Below are positions 23,387 to 33,100 of a DNA stretch of 64,000 nucleotides, in pieces. The notes under the pieces are model-generated. The model was not told the DNA's origin and did no database searches. It saw only the letters and a program-made list of their open reading frames with translations. This DNA comes from a plasmid. The translations under genes were made by a program, and so were the position numbers. Position 1 is the stretch's first letter; each line of letters begins with the position of its first letter. The stretch lies in the sequence record CP147646.1, one strand, 5' to 3'.

Positions 23387-23457
23387 AGCGGGTGACGAGA
23401 ATCGAACTCGCGACAACAGCTTGGAAGGCTGTAGTTTTACCACTAAACTACACCCGC
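23387..23457 (-). tRNA. tRNA-Gly(TCC)
   Basis: GCGGGTGTAGTTTAGTGG...CTTCCAA... cloverleaf with anticodon TCC. Confidence 0.75.
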
Positions 23458-23476
23458 TAAAAACTTATATAATAAA

Positions 23477-23549
23477 TGGCGCGAGACGGAATCGAACCGC
23501 CGACACATGGAGCTTCAATCCATTGCTCTACCAACTGAGCTACCGAGCC
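23477..23549 (-). tRNA. tRNA-Phe(GAA)
   Basis: GGCTCGGTAGCTCAGTTGG...TTGAAGC... cloverleaf with anticodon GAA. Confidence 0.7.
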
Positions 23550-23551
23550 TA

Positions 23552-23625
<74 letters not shown>

Positions 23626-23635
23626 ATATCTTTAA

Positions 23636-23725
23636 AGGAGGATGTGGGATTCGAACCCACGCACGCTTTTACACGCCTGACGGTTTTCAAGACCGTTCCC
23701 TTCAGCCGGACTTGGGTAATCCTCC
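23636..23725 (-). tRNA. tRNA-Ser(TGA)
   Basis: GGAGGATTACCCAAG... with a long variable arm and anticodon loop CTTGAAA. Confidence 0.7.
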
Positions 23726-23740
23726 ATATAACAAAAAATA

Positions 23741-23814
23741 TGGACCTTGTAGGACTCGAACCTACGACCGCTCGGTTATGAGCCGAGTGCTCTAACCAGT
23801 TGAGCTAAAGGTCC
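23741..23814 (-). tRNA. tRNA with CAT anticodon of the Ile2 (lysidine) type, likely to be annotated as Met by default
   Basis: GGACCTTTAGCTCA...CTCATAA...GGTCGTAGGTTCGAGTCCTACAAGGTCCA closely resembles the Bacillus tRNA-Ile(CAU) body rather than elongator Met. Confidence 0.55.
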
Positions 23815-23833
23815 AAAGTCTCAATAAAATAAA

Positions 23834-23907
23834 TAGCGGCGGAGGGGATCGAACCCCCGACCTCCCGGGTATGAACCGGACGCTCTAGCCAGCTGAGCTA
23901 CACCGCC
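23834..23907 (-). tRNA. Elongator tRNA-Met(CAT)
   Basis: GGCGGTGTAGCTCAGCTGGCTAGAGCG...TTCATAC...GGGGGTTCGATCC, a classic Firmicutes elongator Met body. Confidence 0.7.
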
Positions 23908-23922
23908 ATAAAAATATATCCA

Positions 23923-23996
23923 TCGGGAAGACAGGATTCGAACCTGCGACACCTTGGTCCCAAACCAAGTACTCTACCAAGCTGAGCTACTTCCCG
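23923..23996 (-). tRNA. tRNA-Pro(TGG)
   Basis: CGGGAAGTAGCTCAGCTTGG...TTTGGGA... with anticodon TGG. Confidence 0.75.
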
Positions 23997-24003
23997 AAAA
24001 ATA

Positions 24004-24077
24004 TGCACCCTAGAGGAGTCGAACCTCTAACCGCCTGATTCGTAGTCAGGTACTCTATCCAGTTGAGCTAAGGGTGC
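24004..24077 (-). tRNA. tRNA-Arg(ACG)
   Basis: GCACCCTTAGCTCAACTGGATAGAG...CTACGAA... with anticodon ACG. Confidence 0.75.
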
Positions 24078-24088
24078 TAAATATTATA

Positions 24089-24173
24089 TGCCGAGGACCG
24101 GAATCGAACCGGTACGATGTTTACCATCGCAGGATTTTAAGTCCTGTGCGTCTGCCAGTTCCGCCACCCCGGC
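24089..24173 (-). tRNA. tRNA-Leu(TAA)
   Basis: GCCGGGGTGGCGGAACTGGCAGAC...CTTAAAA... with a long variable arm. Confidence 0.75.
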
Positions 24174-24181
24174 CTCTAACA

Positions 24182-24253
24182 AGCGAACGACGGGGTTCGA
24201 ACCCGCGACCCTCACCTTGGCAAGGTGATGTTCTACCACTGAACTACGTTCGC
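24182..24253 (-). tRNA. tRNA-Gly(GCC)
   Basis: GCGAACGTAGTTCAGTGGTAGAAC...TTGCCAA... with anticodon GCC. Confidence 0.75.
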
Positions 24254-24286
24254 ACTAAAGACACTATTTATCCTATAAAATTGTAA

Positions 24287-24359
24287 TGCCGGCTACATGA
24301 CTTGAACACGCGACCCTCTGATTACAAATCAGATGCTCTACCAACTGAGCTAAGCCGGC
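24287..24359 (-). tRNA. tRNA-Thr(TGT)
   Basis: GCCGGCTTAGCTCAGTTGGTAGAGC...TTTGTAA... with anticodon TGT. Confidence 0.75.
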
Positions 24360-24369
24360 AATCTACTAA

Positions 24370-24451
24370 TGCGGGTGAAGGGACTTGAACCCCCACGCCG
24401 TTAAGCGCCAGATCCTAAATCTGGTGCGTCTGCCAATTCCGCCATCCCCGC
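24370..24451 (-). tRNA. tRNA-Leu(TAG)
   Basis: GCGGGGATGGCGGAATTGGCAGAC...TTTAGGA... with a long variable arm. First gene of the tRNA operon. Confidence 0.75.
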
Positions 24452-24467
24452 TTAACAACATAATAAA

Positions 24468-24496
24468 TTATATCAACTTATCATATTGTTGTCAAT
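24468..24496 (-). promoter_or_regulatory. Consensus sigma-A promoter driving the 14-tRNA operon
   Basis: The minus strand reads TTGACA, a 17-nt spacer, then TATAAT. This is a perfect -35/-10 about 10 nt upstream of the tRNA-Leu(TAG) 5' end, immediately after the stop of the hydrolase gene. Confidence 0.6.
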
Positions 24497-24497
24497 A

Positions 24498-25424
24498 TTA
24501 TTTTTCATATTTTTTCAAAAAACTAGAGATACGTTTCTCATATTTTTCTGGCTCTGTTTCAAAAGATTTCGCATGTTTTGCCCCTTTTACAATATAAAGC
24601 TCTTTCTTACCTGCTGTAGCTTTATAGTTGTCATAAACCATACTTGTTGGAACAAAATTATCCTTATCACCATGAATAAAGAGGGCTGGTAAATTATTCT
24701 TTTTCAATTGTTCGACACTACTTGCTTGTCCATACGAAAAACCTGCTCTGATTTTAGAAATTGTTGAAACTTCATATAAGAGTGGGAAGGCTGGTAAACC
24801 ATACATCTCTTTAGCCTGAAATTTTAATTCATCCCAAACACTAGAATAACCACAATCTTCAATGATATTAACAACCTGACTAGGTAATTTTTCACCACTA
24901 GCCATCATGACTGTTGCTCCACCCATTGAAACACCAAATAAAGTAATTTGGCTTGATGGATTCTTATCCACTATCATTTCTGTCCATTTGATAATGTTCT
25001 CGCGGTCGTTCCAGCCATAGCCTATCAACTGCCCATGACTTTCACCATGTGCAATGTTGTCAGGCATAAGAACATTGTATCCTAACTTATGAAACAGCCA
25101 ACCATATGCCTTCATATTCTCTTTGCTATTCGCAAAACCATGAACGACAACAACTGTCTTATGAGTTTTCTTAGCAGCAGGAACATACCAAGCAACTTGC
25201 TTTATATTTTGGTTTGTCATTTCTATTTTTTGCTTTAATAGCTTATCAAAGGATTTATCATAAGCATATAAAGAGTTTCCAGGCTTACGTTGACCATTTG
25301 AAATAAAGGATTTATCATCTCGAACTTGGGCAACGTGGAAAAAATAAAAACTAGCTGCTACACTAATTAAAAACAAAATAACAACAATCATTTTAATAAA
25401 CTTTGATAATCGAATCTTTTTCAT
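24498..25424 (-). CDS. Membrane-anchored alpha/beta-hydrolase (S9/esterase-lipase-like)
   Basis: 308-aa ORF with an N-terminal TM segment, a GVSMGG nucleophile elbow (GxSxG) and a downstream HGDKD...H triad context. Confidence 0.65.
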   Translation of the reverse strand: MKKIRLSKFIKMIVVILFLISVAASFYFFHVAQVRDDKSFISNGQRKPGNSLYAYDKSFDKLLKQKIEMTNQNIKQVAWYVPAAKKTHKTVVVVHGFANSKENMKAYGWLFHKLGYNVLMPDNIAHGESHGQLIGYGWNDRENIIKWTEMIVDKNPSSQITLFGVSMGGATVMMASGEKLPSQVVNIIEDCGYSSVWDELKFQAKEMYGLPAFPLLYEVSTISKIRAGFSYGQASSVEQLKKNNLPALFIHGDKDNFVPTSMVYDNYKATAGKKELYIVKGAKHAKSFETEPEKYEKRISSFLKKYEK

Positions 25425-25491
25425 GCAACCTATTATACCTTATTTTTAGAAAAAGAAAAGAGCTAATGATACTTTGATAGTGAAACTATCT

Positions 25492-25527
25492 AAAAAAATA
25501 AAATCGCCTCCTAATACTGGGAGGCGA
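25492..25527 (-). terminator. Rho-independent terminator after pyrG
   Basis: TCGCCTCC / GGAGGCGA 8-bp stem followed on the minus strand by TTTTATTTTTTT. Confidence 0.6.
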
Positions 25528-25532
25528 TAAAG

Positions 25533-27137
25533 TTATTTCATATTTTCAACTGCTGCTGTTACAAAAGCTGTGTAAAGCTCTTCAGCATGGTTAGGACGTG
25601 ATTGTAGTTCTGGATGGTATTGTGCTGCAACAAAGAATTTTTTCTCTGGTAACTCAACAACTTCCATCAAACGATTATCCGGTGATACCCCTGAGAAGAC
25701 AAATCCAGCAGCCTCAAATTGCTCACGGAATTTTGTATTAAATTCATAACGGTGACGGTGACGACGTTGGACAACTTCTTGATTATTATAAGCTGCCGCA
25801 GCTCTTGAACCTGCTTTCAATTTACATGGATATAGACCAAGGCGAAGTGTACCACCCATATCTTCAATATCGATTTGATCACGCATGATATCAATGATTG
25901 GGAACGGTGTTTTAGGGTCAAGCTCTGCTGAATTAGCTCCATGAAGGTTTAAAACATTACGCGCAAATTCGACACAAGTTAGCTGCATTCCGAGACAAAC
26001 ACCAAGCATTGGAACATCATTTTCACGTGCATAGCGAATTGCTTCAATTTTACCCTCACTACCTCTTTGGCCAAATCCACCAGGAACGATGATACCATCT
26101 GCATCTCCGACAAGTTCTTTAATATTATCTTCTGTCACTTCAGCAGCATTTACCCATTTTAGGTCAATAGCAACATCGTTGACGTACCCTGAGTGCTTAA
26201 GGGCCTCCACAACTGAAAGGTAAGCATCAGGTAATTCAACATATTTACCAACCAATGCAATTTTAACTTTTTTCTCAAGGTTCATTACTTTATCAACCAT
26301 TGCTGACCATTCTGTCATATCAGCAGCAGGTGTCTCAAGCTTCAAGTGATCACAAACAATTTGATCCATATTTTGAGCTTGCATGTTAAGTGGAATTTGA
26401 TAAATATGGTCAACATCAAGGGACTCTATAACAGCCTCTGGTGCAACATCACAAAATTGTGCCAATTTATTCTTAATACTTTGACCTGCTGGTTGCTCTG
26501 TACGGATAACAAGCATATTAGGTTGGATACCTAGGCCACGTAACTCTTTAACAGAATGTTGAGTCGGTTTTGTTTTCATTTCGCCGGCAGCCTTTAGGTA
26601 TGGTAATAACGTTGTATGAATGTACATAACATTATCAGAACCAACATCTGCCTTCATTTGACGAAGTGCTTCTAAAAACGGAAGGCTCTCAATATCTCCA
26701 ACAGTACCGCCAACTTCAGTAATAATAACATCTGAATCTGTAGTTGTCGCAGCACGTTTGATTTTTTCTTTCAAAGCATCCGTAACGTGTGGGATAACTT
26801 GAACAGTTGCACCAAGGTATTCTCCACGGCGTTCTTTTTTAAGAACTTCACTATAAATCTTACCCGTTGTAACATTTGAATACTTGTTTAAGTTAATATC
26901 AATAAAACGCTCGTAGTGTCCAAGGTCAAGGTCAGTTTCTGCACCATCATCTGTAACATAAACTTCCCCATGTTGATAAGGGCTCATTGTCCCTGGGTCA
27001 ATATTAATATATGGATCAAATTTTTGAATTGTCACCTTTAGCCCACGGTTTTTTAGTAAGCGCCCAAGACTTGCTGCAACAATCCCCTTACCAATAGAAG
27101 AGACCACACCACCTGTAACAAAAATATACTTTGTCAT
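25533..27137 (-). CDS. pyrG: CTP synthase
   Basis: 534-aa [17 protein letters not shown]... with an N-terminal synthetase domain and a C-terminal GATase domain (GVCLGMQ). Confidence 0.95.
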   Translation of the reverse strand: MTKYIFVTGGVVSSIGKGIVAASLGRLLKNRGLKVTIQKFDPYINIDPGTMSPYQHGEVYVTDDGAETDLDLGHYERFIDINLNKYSNVTTGKIYSEVLKKERRGEYLGATVQVIPHVTDALKEKIKRAATTTDSDVIITEVGGTVGDIESLPFLEALRQMKADVGSDNVMYIHTTLLPYLKAAGEMKTKPTQHSVKELRGLGIQPNMLVIRTEQPAGQSIKNKLAQFCDVAPEAVIESLDVDHIYQIPLNMQAQNMDQIVCDHLKLETPAADMTEWSAMVDKVMNLEKKVKIALVGKYVELPDAYLSVVEALKHSGYVNDVAIDLKWVNAAEVTEDNIKELVGDADGIIVPGGFGQRGSEGKIEAIRYARENDVPMLGVCLGMQLTCVEFARNVLNLHGANSAELDPKTPFPIIDIMRDQIDIEDMGGTLRLGLYPCKLKAGSRAAAAYNNQEVVQRRHRHRYEFNTKFREQFEAAGFVFSGVSPDNRLMEVVELPEKKFFVAAQYHPELQSRPNHAEELYTAFVTAAVENMK

Positions 27138-27300
27138 TAAAAACTCCTTAAATTAAATGTTAATCTAACAGTTAGTTTACGGGTAAAACCCAAAACACAT
27201 GATTGATAAATAATACCAGCTTCTCTAGTCAAAACTAGTAGAAACTATCTGATCAAGGGCCTACTCAGAAAACTATCTGGAACCATTCTGTATCTTTCCC

Positions 27301-27333
27301 AAAAACAAAATAGCCCCCTATCACTAGGGAGCT
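27301..27333 (-). terminator. Rho-independent terminator after rpoE
   Basis: AGCTCCCTA-GTGA-TAGGGGGCT imperfect hairpin followed on the minus strand by TTTTGTTTTT. Confidence 0.5.
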
Positions 27334-27409
27334 TTATCTGACCTCATAAGAGGTGCCCGAATAATAGTTTAAACTATATCTGACTATTTGTCAAATACAA
27401 AATCCCCAT

Positions 27410-27985
27410 CTAAACCTCTTCTTCCTCTTCTTCCTCTTCTTCCTCTTCTTCGTTGATTTCTACATCCTCATCTAAATCTTCATCAGGAATGATTTCATTA
27501 ATCTCAGAATCATACGATTCTACCTCTGATTTTTCATCGTCAGGGTTTTCTTCATCATATTCTAAACTTGGTGTTTCTTCTGTGAAATCTTCATCTTCTG
27601 GATCATCATCATTGTAATCAATAGCATCTTCATCACCATCCATGAAAGCATTGACACGTTTCTTCTTACGTTTTGGAGCGCCATCTTCATCTTCTTCAAG
27701 AGTGATGATTTCCTCGTCAATTTCATCGATAGCATACCATGAACGAAGTCCCCATTTGTTTTCGCCAAGTGGAATAAAACTTCCGTCTGTATTCAAATCT
27801 GAATAGAAAAATGGCAATGACTCACGGATTGCTGAGTCAGATTTTCCAAGGTAGGTTTGAATATCATTTACCAAATCGCTGAAGTACATTTCGTTATCAC
27901 GACCACGTTGCTCTAAAATAGCGCGAGCAACTTCAATCATCGAAAGTTCACTTTTTTCTTGCCCAGCAAATACTTCTAATTCCAA
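27410..27985 (-). CDS. rpoE: DNA-directed RNA polymerase delta subunit
   Basis: 191-aa ORF with an N-terminal HARE-HTH-like delta domain and an extremely acidic C-terminal tail ending in a poly-Glu run. Start codon TTG/ATG uncertain by 1 nt. Confidence 0.85.
   Translation of the reverse strand: MELEVFAGQEKSELSMIEVARAILEQRGRDNEMYFSDLVNDIQTYLGKSDSAIRESLPFFYSDLNTDGSFIPLGENKWGLRSWYAIDEIDEEIITLEEDEDGAPKRKKKRVNAFMDGDEDAIDYNDDDPEDEDFTEETPSLEYDEENPDDEKSEVESYDSEINEIIPDEDLDEDVEINEEEEEEEEEEEEV
27415..27451 (-). repeat. Tandem (CCTCTTCTT)x4 nonanucleotide repeat encoding the poly-Glu C-terminus of RpoE
   Basis: Direct reading: cctcttctt repeated four times, in frame, encoding about 12-13 consecutive Glu residues. 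Confidence 0.7.
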
Positions 27986-28123
27986 AGTTATTCTCCTTAA
28001 TTGTGTAAGACTATCATTTTGTTTAGCAATATTCTTTATAGATAGAAAATAGATAAGTCATATTTTCAAATTTTCGCTATTTACTATTTTACGCTATTTT
28101 TAGCTATTCGTCAAAAGAATAAT

Positions 28124-28153
28124 CACAAATAAAAAGACTGGGAAGCCCAATCT
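28124..28153 (-). terminator. Rho-independent terminator after tig
   Basis: AAGATTGGG / CCCAGTCTT stem with one G-U pair, followed on the minus strand by TTTTATTT. Confidence 0.45.
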
Positions 28154-28173
28154 TTTCAAAATTTAATAAGCAA

Positions 28174-29457
28174 TTATTTTACAGTAGCTGAGCTAGTGAT
28201 AACGTCAACCGCTTTTTTCATTGCAATATCATGTTTAAGCATATCTGCTGAAAGTAGACCGCGTACTTGGTCAGCTTCCATATTATATTCTGAAGCAAGA
28301 TCTGTGATTTCTTTTTCGATTTCTTCATCTGTTGCTTCAAAGCCTTCTGCAGCTGCAATTGCTTCAATAACAAGGTTAGTTTTAACGCGTTTGTCAGCAT
28401 CTGCTTGGTATTGCTTATGAAGGTCTTCTTCAGTTGTACCTGTTAATTGGAAGTACATTTCTGGTGAAATTCCTTGACGTTGCATATTACCCATGAACTC
28501 ATTCATAGCACGATGTACTTCATCATGGACCATTTCTTCTGGTAATTCAACAATTTCTGCATTGGCAACAGCTAATTCGATTGCTACACCTTCAACTGCA
28601 TCATCAAATGCAATTTCTTTTGCTGATTCTAGCTCTTTGCGATATTTCGCTTTCAACTCATCAAGTGTTTCAACTTCATCATCAATATCTTTTGCAAGTT
28701 CATCATCAAGTGCTGGAACTTCTTTAGTTTTTACTTCATGAATTGTTGTAACAAATTTAGCATCTTTACCAGCAAGATCTTCTGCTTGATAATCTTCTGG
28801 GAATGTTACATTAACGTCTACAGTTTGACCAGCTTTAGAACCTACTAATTGTTCTTCAAATCCTGGGATAAATTGACCTGAACCAAGTTCAAGTGAGAAG
28901 TTATCTCCTTTACCACCATCAAATTCAACACCATCAACTGAACCTACAAAGTCAATAACAACTGTATCACCTTGTGCTGCTTCACCATCTTTAACAGTCA
29001 ATTCTGCAAGGTTGTTACGCTCACGTTCAACTTTAGCATCAACTTCTTCATCTGAAACTTCTTTTGAAACATCAACTTCTACTGAAAGGTCTTTGTAATC
29101 CCCAAGTTTAACTTCTGGTTTTGTAACAACTTCAGCTGTCAACTTCCAATCTTGACCTTTTTCCATTGATACAACATCAATTTTTGGTTGAGCAACAACG
29201 TCTAAACCAAGTTCTGCAACAGCTGCTTCGTAAGCCTTTGGCAACACTAAATTCAATGCATTTTCGTAGAGTGCTTCTTCACCAAATTTTTGGTTGAAAA
29301 CTGTACGAGGCATATGTCCTTTACGGAATCCTGGAACGTTCAAATCTTTTTTAACTTTGTTGAATGCTTGATCAAGAGCTGGCTTGATCTCATCTTGACT
29401 AATTGTAAATGTGATAATACCACGGTTTGTAGCTTTATTTTCAAATGATGTAGACAT
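28174..29457 (-). CDS. tig: Trigger factor
   Basis: 427-aa ORF with a ribosome-binding N-domain (GFRKGHMPR signature), an FKBP PPIase domain and an acidic C-domain. Confidence 0.95.
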   Translation of the reverse strand: MSTSFENKATNRGIITFTISQDEIKPALDQAFNKVKKDLNVPGFRKGHMPRTVFNQKFGEEALYENALNLVLPKAYEAAVAELGLDVVAQPKIDVVSMEKGQDWKLTAEVVTKPEVKLGDYKDLSVEVDVSKEVSDEEVDAKVERERNNLAELTVKDGEAAQGDTVVIDFVGSVDGVEFDGGKGDNFSLELGSGQFIPGFEEQLVGSKAGQTVDVNVTFPEDYQAEDLAGKDAKFVTTIHEVKTKEVPALDDELAKDIDDEVETLDELKAKYRKELESAKEIAFDDAVEGVAIELAVANAEIVELPEEMVHDEVHRAMNEFMGNMQRQGISPEMYFQLTGTTEEDLHKQYQADADKRVKTNLVIEAIAAAEGFEATDEEIEKEITDLASEYNMEADQVRGLLSADMLKHDIAMKKAVDVITSSATVK

Positions 29458-29613
29458 TAAGTCATTTCTCCTTAAAATTATTTAGATACAGTTTAGTTTA
29501 CCATAATTTAAAACGTTTTACAAAGTTTTTATGCAAAAAAGAAGCTTTAAACTGCTTAACGATAAGCTTTTAAAATACTTGCTCTATGGCTTTTTTTTTA
29601 CTAGACTATTACT

Positions 29614-30456
29614 ATGATTACTTTAGAAAAATTTATTGACCATCTTAATGTAGAGGAAGTTTTATTTACTTTCTTCACCAAACTAATATCAATCTTATTA
29701 TTAATCATTGCATTCGTTATCGTTAGGCAAGTCATCAATTATCTTTTCGAAAAGACTGTTAATCGCTCACTCGCCTTTTCTAGACAAAAAGTAGCTCGTC
29801 AAAAAACATTAGCTAAACTTTCTCACAATGTTTTAAACTATACCCTTTATTTCTTTCTATTCTATTGGATTTTAAGTATATTGGGCGTTCCAATTTCTAG
29901 TTTATTAGCTGGGGCTGGTATTGCTGGGGTTGCTATTGGACTTGGTGCTCAAGGCTTCTTATCAGATGTTGTCAATGGCTTTTTTATTCTGCTAGAAAAC
30001 CAATTTGATGTTGGTGATATTATTAATGTTGGTGCTGTATCAGGCACTGTTACTAATGTTGGGATACGCACCACACAAATTCATGATTTCGATGGAACCT
30101 TACACTTCATTCCTAATCGTAATATTACAATTGTCAGCAATAAGTCTCGTAGCAATATGCGTGCTCAAATTGATATTCCTTTATTTGTTCATACAAACCT
30201 TGATCAGATTTCTGATATTGTAACAAAAATCAATGAAGAGTATGTTTCAAAACATCCTGCTATCGTTGGAGAGCCTACTGTTTTTGGTCCTACAACCAAT
30301 GCTAATGGTCAATTTGTTTATCGTATTAATATCTTCACGCAAAACGGTGCTCAGTTTGACATCTATGCTGAATTTTACAAACTTTATCAAAAAGCTATTC
30401 TTGAAGAAGGTATTGACTTACCAACATACAATTTCTCCAATAACCACTCTCGTTGA
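29614..30456 (+). CDS. Small-conductance mechanosensitive channel (MscS family)
   Basis: 280-aa ORF with three N-terminal TM helices followed by the MscS beta-domain signature (GDIINVGAVSGTV...IRTT...D). Only plus-strand gene in the chromosomal part. Confidence 0.8.
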   Translation: MITLEKFIDHLNVEEVLFTFFTKLISILLLIIAFVIVRQVINYLFEKTVNRSLAFSRQKVARQKTLAKLSHNVLNYTLYFFLFYWILSILGVPISSLLAGAGIAGVAIGLGAQGFLSDVVNGFFILLENQFDVGDIINVGAVSGTVTNVGIRTTQIHDFDGTLHFIPNRNITIVSNKSRSNMRAQIDIPLFVHTNLDQISDIVTKINEEYVSKHPAIVGEPTVFGPTTNANGQFVYRINIFTQNGAQFDIYAEFYKLYQKAILEEGIDLPTYNFSNNHSR

Positions 30457-30492
30457 GATAAACAATAAACCTCTGCATAGCAGAGGTTTATT

Positions 30493-31062
30493 TTAAAATT
30501 TACGGATTGGATCGCTCGTATATCCTGCTCTAGCACCGCCAATTAATTTAGGACGACTAGCTAGTGCTGTAACGTGTGCCCCTCCCAACTCACGACTAAT
30601 TGGAATCAAGGGAACTTGTACTCTCTTGATATGCATTCCAATAGAAGTATCTCCAATATCAATTCCAGCATGTGCCACAATTTCTTCAACCTCAACTGGT
30701 GATGTCATCAACTTAAAAGCTGCAACCTGACCACTACCGCCAGCATGTAGATTAGGAACAACATTAACGACTTCCAACTGTTGACGTTCAGCCAATTCTG
30801 CTTCAACAACCAACGCCCTATTAACATGTTCACAACCTTGAACTGCTAAATAGATGCCGCGTGAATGTAACTCTTTGAGGATAACTTCAACGATAATTTC
30901 ACCAATTTCAGAACTAGAATTTTTTCCAATTAAACCACCAGAAACCTCACTAGATGATAGACCTAGTACAAAAATTTGACCTTTTTTAAGAGCACTACGC
31001 TCAATAATATCAACTACAATAGCTTTAGTTTCCTGCTTTAACTTATTATAATCTAGTATCAT
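30493..31062 (-). CDS. UPF0340-family protein (DUF436, YwlG-like)
   Basis: 189-aa soluble protein whose conserved core matches my recollection of the UPF0340 family. First gene downstream of the ECF-S/kinase genes. Confidence 0.5.
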
Positions 31063-31523
31063 TTCTTCACTCTTTCTAGAGACTTATTAAGAGCAAAACC
31101 AACGACCATACCAACCATATTTTGCATAATATTGCCAGGAATATCTGGTAAAACAGCTCCCCAACCATACATCAATCCACTAGCTATAGCATAACCTAAT
31201 ACCATAACAAGAGTTGCACTAATAAGACCTAAAAGACGTCTTCTACCTGGTAAACCCGCTAAATACCCTTGCGCCCCATGAATCAATAAACTAAAGAACA
31301 TCCAATTGGGATAACCTTTCAATAAATCAATTAAAAAACCAGCTAAGGCACCTACCACAGCCCCTTCTTTTTTGCCAAAGTAAAAGGCAGCAAAGAATAT
31401 TCCAGCATCTAGTAATGTCAAAAAACCTGTTGGTGTCGGAATACTTATAAACATCCCCAATACAATAGATATAGCTGTTACAATTGCCAATTGAACCAAT
31501 TGACTAGTTTTCTCTTTCCTCAT
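31059..31523 (-). CDS. ECF-transporter substrate-specific (S) component, probably a vitamin-B6/HMP-type transporter
   Basis: 154-aa protein with 5 TM segments and small Gly-rich helices. Start overlaps the kinase gene and the stop overlaps the next gene by 4 nt, indicating translational coupling. Confidence 0.55.
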
Positions 31524-31532
31524 TAAAATCTC

Positions 31533-32291
31533 CTAAAAATGTTGGACAACTCCGTACTTATCCGATGCTTTAATAGCTTGATAGACGAAACCTTTAGACA
31601 TTTTGACTGCATCTTCTACATTTTTACCCATAGCTAATTGGCTGGCAATACTTGACGCAAATGTACATCCAGCACCTGTATTATTGGCATCTACTACAGG
31701 AAAAACATAGGTTTCAAAACGTTCACCATCATAGTAAAGGTCTGTAGCCTCTTCAGCATTTAAACGGTTGCCCCCTTTGATAACAACATGTTTAGCCCCC
31801 ATATCGTAAAGTTTCTCAGCAGCAATTTTCATTTGATCTAAGTTTTCAATTGAAAGACCCGTCAATAATTGAGTCTCTACTAAATTAGGAGTAATCACAT
31901 CAGCATATGGGAAAAACGCAATTAGCTGCTCACGTAATTGGCTAACTTCTAAATCATGATTTTCTTTACAAACTAAGACTGGGTCTAAGACTACTGGACA
32001 TTCTTGTTTTGATTTTACAAATTCCAAAACAACTTGTGCTGTTTCTACATTGGGAAGCAATCCTAGTTTAATAGACCCAAACTCTACATCTTTTAAACTT
32101 TCTAGTTGCTGCTTTAGTATAGATGCCTCTATAGGAATGACTTCAAACCCTTTATCTGACATTGCTGTTAAGCATGTTACTGCCACAAAACCATGTAATT
32201 TATTAACAACGTAAGTTGCTAAATCTGCATGCAAGCCGCCGCCAGAGAAAATATCATTTCCTGAAATTGCTAAAACATTCCTCGTCTTCAT
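31533..32291 (-). CDS. Pyridoxal/pyridoxine/HMP kinase (PdxK/ThiD ribokinase-like family)
   Basis: 252-aa ORF with GGxxAD...NTGAGCTF(A)S motifs, a ribokinase-like fold and a Cys lid. Confidence 0.75.
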   Translation of the reverse strand: MKTRNVLAISGNDIFSGGGLHADLATYVVNKLHGFVAVTCLTAMSDKGFEVIPIEASILKQQLESLKDVEFGSIKLGLLPNVETAQVVLEFVKSKQECPVVLDPVLVCKENHDLEVSQLREQLIAFFPYADVITPNLVETQLLTGLSIENLDQMKIAAEKLYDMGAKHVVIKGGNRLNAEEATDLYYDGERFETYVFPVVDANNTGAGCTFASSIASQLAMGKNVEDAVKMSKGFVYQAIKASDKYGVVQHF

Positions 32292-33030
32292 AAATAATCT
32301 CCTTCAAATATAAACCATTTCCTGCCGCAGTTGGACCTGCTAAATCCCGATTTTTAGCCTGTAAAATTGTTTTGATTTGGCTAATAGGCATGCGTCCATT
32401 ACCAATTTTTAGCAGGGTACCAACCATATTACGCACCTGTTTATACAAAAAACCATTTCCTGTAAAGGTAAAAATTAAAAGATTTTTAGACGCTTCAAAC
32501 TGAATTTTCGCATCAAAAATAGTACGTACTTTATTTTCTACACTCGTACCTGAAGCAGTAAAGCCTGTAAAGTCATGGGTGCCTACTAAATCTTTAATAG
32601 CTTCTTGCATAAGCTCAATAATGACAGGATAAGGGTAATGTGTTGCATAGTTTCTCATCATAGGATTTTTCGGCCTACCGATATCTACTAAAAACTCATA
32701 AGTTTTAATGTGTTTATCATATCGACAATGAAAATCATCAGACACTTGCTCTACTTTAACAATATCAATATCGTCTGGACACTGTGTATCTAAACCAAAG
32801 CGTAATTTTTCTACATCACGCGCCTGTGGTAAATCAAAATGAATAACTTGTCCATAAGCATGAACACCAGCATCTGTGCGACCAGCACCATAGATTATCA
32901 CATCGTTCCCGCTATTTAGGCGCTTAAGAGTTCTCTCAATTTCTTCTTGAACTGTCCTACAATTTGGTTGTCTTTGGAAGCCTGAAAAAGCTGAACCATC
33001 ATAAGAAATCTGTGCCTTATACCTTGTCAT
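32254..33030 (-). CDS. truA: tRNA pseudouridine(38-40) synthase
   Basis: 258-aa [25 protein letters not shown]... with the catalytic Asp motif [11 protein letters not shown]. The 3' end overlaps the kinase gene start by 38 nt. Confidence 0.9.
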   Translation of the reverse strand: MTRYKAQISYDGSAFSGFQRQPNCRTVQEEIERTLKRLNSGNDVIIYGAGRTDAGVHAYGQVIHFDLPQARDVEKLRFGLDTQCPDDIDIVKVEQVSDDFHCRYDKHIKTYEFLVDIGRPKNPMMRNYATHYPYPVIIELMQEAIKDLVGTHDFTGFTASGTSVENKVRTIFDAKIQFEASKNLLIFTFTGNGFLYKQVRNMVGTLLKIGNGRMPISQIKTILQAKNRDLAGPTAAGNGLYLKEIIYEDEECFSNFRK

Positions 33031-33100
33031 GGGTTTATTTTACCACCTTTCATTTATGAAAACTATAATATCTATTTTAAACTGTCCCCCTACAATTATA

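Noticed and set aside
24385-24692. Two plus-strand ORFs over tRNA-Leu(TAG), the tRNA promoter and the hydrolase 3' end
   Set aside because: They overlap an RNA gene and a consensus promoter, start with TTG and have no RBS.
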